NCBI GenBank assembly: GCA_964016885.1
Contig: OZ024743.1
Location: 207,266,001-207,330,000, forward strand
Length of the DNA: 64,000 nt
Direction of reading: 5' to 3'
DNA from: Eledone cirrhosa
Taxonomy: Eukaryota
A model generated the notes under the pieces. It ran no database searches. It saw only the letters and a list, made by a program, of their open reading frames with translations, and was not told where the DNA came from. The position numbers were made by a program, and so were the translations under genes. Position 1 is the first letter of the stretch; the number at the start of each line of letters is the position of its first letter. Below, one piece after another: positions 59,901-64,000 of the stretch.

Positions 59901-62738
59901 ACTCTACCAGTACTACTAATCTACCACCCTGATCTATGTAAAGTATATTGTCCTAAACTCTACCAGTACTACTAATCTACCACCTTGATCTATGTAAATT
60001 ATATTGTCCTACACTCTACCAGTGCTACTAATCTACCACCCTGATCTATGTAAAGTATATTGTCCTACACTCTACCAGTACTACTAATCTACCACCTTGA
60101 TCTATGTAAAGTATATTGTCCTAAACTCTACCAGTACTACTAATCTACCACCTTGATCTATGTAAATTATATTGTCCTACACTCTACCAGTGCTACTAAT
60201 CTACCACCCTGATCTATGTAAAGTATATTGTCCTAAACTCTACCAGGACTACTAATCTACCACCCTGATCTATGTAAAGTATATTGTCCTACACTCTACC
60301 AGTACTACTAATCTACCACCCTGATCTATGTAAAGTATATTGTCCTACACTCTACCAGTGCTACTAATCTACCACCCTGATCTATGTAAAGTATATTGTC
60401 CTAGACTCTACCAGTGCTATTAATCTAACACCTTGATCTATGTAAAGTATATTGTCCTTCACTCTACCAGTACTACTAATCTACCACCTTGATCTATGTA
60501 AAGTTTATTGTCCTACACTCTACCAGTACTACTGATCTACCACCCTGATCTATGTAAAGTATATTATCCTACAATCTACCAGTGCTACTAATCTCCCACC
60601 CTGATCTATGTAAAGTATATTATCCTTCACTCTACCAGTACTACTAATCTACCACCTTAATCTATGTAAAGAATATTGTCCTACACTCTACCAGTGATAC
60701 TATCTCCCACCTTGATATATGTAAAGTATATTGTCCTACACTTTGCCAGTACTACTGATCTACCACCCTGATCTATGTAAAGTATATTATCCTACACTCT
60801 ACCAGTACTACTAATCTACCACCCTGATCTATGTAAAGTATATTGTCCTACACTCTACCAGTACTACTAATCTACCACCCTGATCTATGTAAAGTATATT
60901 GTCCTACACTCTACCAGTACTACTGATCTACCACCCTGATCTATGTAAAGTATATTATTCTACACTCTACCAGTACTACTAATCTCCCACCCTGATCTAT
61001 GTAAAGTATATTATCCTACACTCTACCAGTACTACTAATCTACCACCCTGATCTATGTAAAGTATATTGTCCTACACTCTACCAGTACTACTAATCTCCC
61101 ACCTTGATCTATGTAAAGAATATTGTCCTACACTCTACCAGTGCTAATAATCTTCCACCTTGATCTATGTAAAGTATATTGTCCTACACTCTACCAGTAC
61201 AACTAATCTACCAGCCTGATCTATGTAAAGTATATTGTCCTACACTCTACCAGTGCTACTAATCTCCCACCTTGATCTATGTAAAGTATATTGTCCTACA
61301 CTCTACCAGTGCTACTAATCTACCACCCTGATCTATGTAAAGTATATTGTCCTACACTCTACCAGTGCTACTAATCTACCACCCTGATTTATGTACAGTA
61401 TATTGTTCTACACTCTACCAATACTACTAATCTACCACCCTGATCTATGTAAAGTATATTGTCCTACACTCTACCAGTGCTACTAATCTACCAGCTTGAT
61501 CTATGTAAAGTATATTGTACTACTAATCTACCACGTTGATCTATGTAAAGTATATTGTCCTACACTCTACCAGTACTACTAATCTACCACCCTGATCTAT
61601 GTAAATTATATTGTCCTACACTCTACCAGTGCTACTATTCTCCCACCCTGATCTATGTAAAGTATATTGTCCTTCACTCTACCAGTACTACTAATCTCCC
61701 ACCTTGATCAATGTAAAGTATATTGTCCTACACTCTACCAGTGCTAATAATCTCCCACCTTGGTCTATGTAAAGTATATTGTCCTAGACTCTACCAGTAC
61801 TACTAATCTACCATCCTCATCTATGTAAAGTATATTGTCCTACACTCTACCAGTGCTACTAATCTATCACCTTGATCTATGTAAAGTATATTGTCCTACA
61901 CTCTACCAGTGCTACTAATCTACCACCCTGATCTATGTAAAGTATATTGTCCTACACTCTACCAGTACTACTAAACTACCACCCTGATCTATGTAAAGTA
62001 TATTGTCCTACACTCTACCAGTGCTACTAATCTCCCACCTTGATCTATGTAAAGTATATTGTCCTACACTTTACCAGTACTACTGATCTACCACCCTGAT
62101 CTATGTAAAGTATATTATCCTACACTCTACCAGTACTACTAATCTACCACCCTGATCTATGTAAAGTATATTGTCCTACACTCTACCAGTACTACTAATC
62201 TACCACCCTGATCTATGTAAAGTATATTGTCCTACACTCTACCAGTACTACTGAACTACCACCCTGATCTATGTAAAGTATATTATTCTACACTCTACCA
62301 ATACTACTAATCTCCCACCCTGATCTATGTAAAGTATATTATCCTACACTCTACCAGTACTACTAATCTACCACCCTGATCTATGTAAAGTATATTGTCC
62401 TACACTCTACCAGTACTACTAATCTACCACCCTGATCTATGTAAAGTATATTGTCCTACACTCTACCAGTACTACTGAACTACCACCCTGATCTATGTAA
62501 AGTATATTATTCTACACTCTACCAGTACTACTAATCTCCCACCCTGATCTATGTAAAGTATATTATCCTACACTCTACCAGTACTACTAATCTACCACCC
62601 TGATCTATGTAAAGTATATTGTCCTACACTCTACCAGTACTACTAATCTCCCACCTTGATCTATGTAAAGAATATTGTCCTACACTCTACCAGTGGTAAT
62701 AATCTCCCACCTTGATCTATGTAAAGTATATTGTCCTA
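56949..62738. repeat. Direct tandem duplication of a 2,895-bp (52-monomer) block
   Basis: Four marker pairs share the offset 2895: GCTACTAACC 56961/59856, CAGGACT 57349/60244, the 16-bp deletion 58622/61517 and GTGGTAATAA 59798/62693. 2895 = 52x56 - 16 - 1. Boundaries are approximate to about one monomer. Confidence 0.9.
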
Positions 62739-64000
62739 CACTCTACCAGTACAACTAATCTACCAGCCTGATCTATGTAAAGTATATTGTCCTACACTCT
62801 ACCAGTGCTACTAATCTCCCACCTTGATCTATGTAAAGTATATTGTCCTACACTCTACCAGTGCTACTAATCTACCACCCTGATCTATGTAAAGTATATT
62901 GTCCTACACTCTACCAGTGCTACTAATCTACCACCCTGATTTATGTACAGTATATTGTTCTACACTCTACCAATACTACTAATCTACCACCCTGATCTAT
63001 GTAAAGTATATTGTCCTACACTCTACCAGTACAACTAATCTACCAGCCTGATCTATGTAAAGTATATTGTCCTACACTCTACCAGTGCTACTAATCTCCC
63101 ACCTTGATCTATGTAAAGTATATTGTCCTACACTCTACCAGTGCTACTAATCTACCACCCTGATCTATGTAAAGTATATTGTCCTACACTCTACCAGTGC
63201 TACTAATCTACCACCCTGATTTATGTACAGTATATTGTTCTACACTCTACCAATACTACTAATCTACCACCCTGATCTATGTAAAGTATATTGTCCTACA
63301 CTCTACCAGTACTACTAATCTCCCACCCTGATCTATGTAAGGTATATTGTCCTACACTCTACCAATAATACTAATCTACCACCTTGATCTATGTAAAGTA
63401 TATTGTCCTACACTCTACCAGTACTACTAATCTACCACCTTGATCTATGTAAAGTATATTGTTCTACACTCTACCAGTACTACTAATCTACCACCTTGAT
63501 CTATGTAAAGTATATTGTCCTACACTCTACCAGTACTACTAATCTCCCACCCTGATCTATACAAAGTATATTGTCCTACACTCTACCAGTACTACTAATC
63601 TCCCACCCTGATCTATGTAAAGTATATTGTCCTACACTCTACCAGTGCTACTAATCTACCACCCTGATCTATGTAAAGTATATTGTCCTACACTCTACCA
63701 GTACTACCAATCTACCACCTTGATATATGTAAAGTATATTGTCCTACACTCTACCAGTACTACCAATCTGCCACCTTGATATATGTAAAGTATATTGTCC
63801 TACACTCTACCAGTACTACTAATCTCCCACCCTGATCTATGTAACGTACATTGTCCTACACTCTACCAGTACTACTAATCTCCCACCCTGATCTATGTAA
63901 AGTATATTGTCCTACACTCTACCAGTGCTACTAACCTACCACCTTGATCTATGTAAAGTATATTGTCCTACACTCTACCAGTACTACTAATCTACCACCC

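Larger units (their letters stand above)
1..64000. repeat. 56-bp tandem satellite array (~1,140 monomers), open at both window edges
   Basis: The consensus CACTCTACCAGTACTACTAATCTACCACCCTGATCTATGTAAAGTATATTGTCCTA recurs head-to-tail every 56 bp from base 1 to 64000, mostly with 0-4 differences per copy. I saw no inversion and no non-repeat insert. The consensus contains AGTACT (ScaI), GTAC (RsaI) and GATC (Sau3AI) once each. Confidence 0.99.
30351..64000. repeat. Satellite domain B (right), with a distinct variant set and an irregular ~2-4 kb higher-order repeat
   Basis: Variants seen only here include CAGGACT (36234, 39761, 42840, 45455, 48686, 52702, 54718, 57349, 60244), GTCCTTCAC, AAAGTTTATT, TATTATCC/TATTATTC, the 16-bp-deleted monomer and GTGACCTATGTCA. 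Confidence 0.85.

Noticed and set aside
1-64000. CRISPR array or other repeat-spacer system
   Set aside because: There are no unique spacers, since all 56 bp repeat with only scattered substitutions. There is no leader and there are no cas genes.
1-64000. Giant minus-strand repeat protein under a TAG-recoded genetic code (the minus-strand consensus has TAG but no TAA or TGA)
   Set aside because: Common variants (plus-strand TATTACT, GATTTA, TATTTAA, CTCATC, TATTATC) introduce TAA/TGA on the minus strand. The 1-, 4- and 16-bp indels spread freely and the unit is not a multiple of 3. Absence of two triplets from a skewed 56-mer is unremarkable.
1-64000. Telomerase-type telomere repeat or G-quadruplex array
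   Set aside because: There is no TTAGGG- or TTAGG-like unit, and the monomer is long and heterogeneous. The minus strand has only one GGG tract per consensus monomer (two in CTCCC variants), too few for a canonical G4.
1-64000. Sequencing or rolling-circle concatemer artefact
   Set aside because: Variants recur in ordered, hierarchically shared haplotypes rather than as random errors or a single fixed period. Exact copy numbers still need read validation.

Overview
The whole 64-kb window is one uninterrupted, head-to-tail, single-orientation tandem array of a 56-bp monomer. The consensus is CACTCTACCAGTACTACTAATCTACCACCCTGATCTATGTAAAGTATATTGTCCTA (about 1,140 copies; 37.5% GC; 16 C vs 5 G on the + strand; no CpG). 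It is best read as satellite DNA, probably eukaryotic, but I cannot assign the organism or family. I see no genes, RNA genes, transposons, CRISPR spacers or unique sequence, and the two listed ORFs are artefacts of the repeat. The information lies in the monomer variants. They define two domains meeting near 30.35 kb. The left domain is built on a ~17-monomer (954 bp) higher-order unit plus 3.2-, 5.7-, 7.9- and 9.2-kb duplications. The right domain has different diagnostic variants, an irregular ~2-4 kb higher-order unit and nested duplications. Other points of note are multi-nucleotide variants that perfect short inverted repeats, a 16-bp deletion monomer between GT microhomologies, and left-domain modules embedded in the right domain. 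I found no evidence for a novel protein-coding or defence system.
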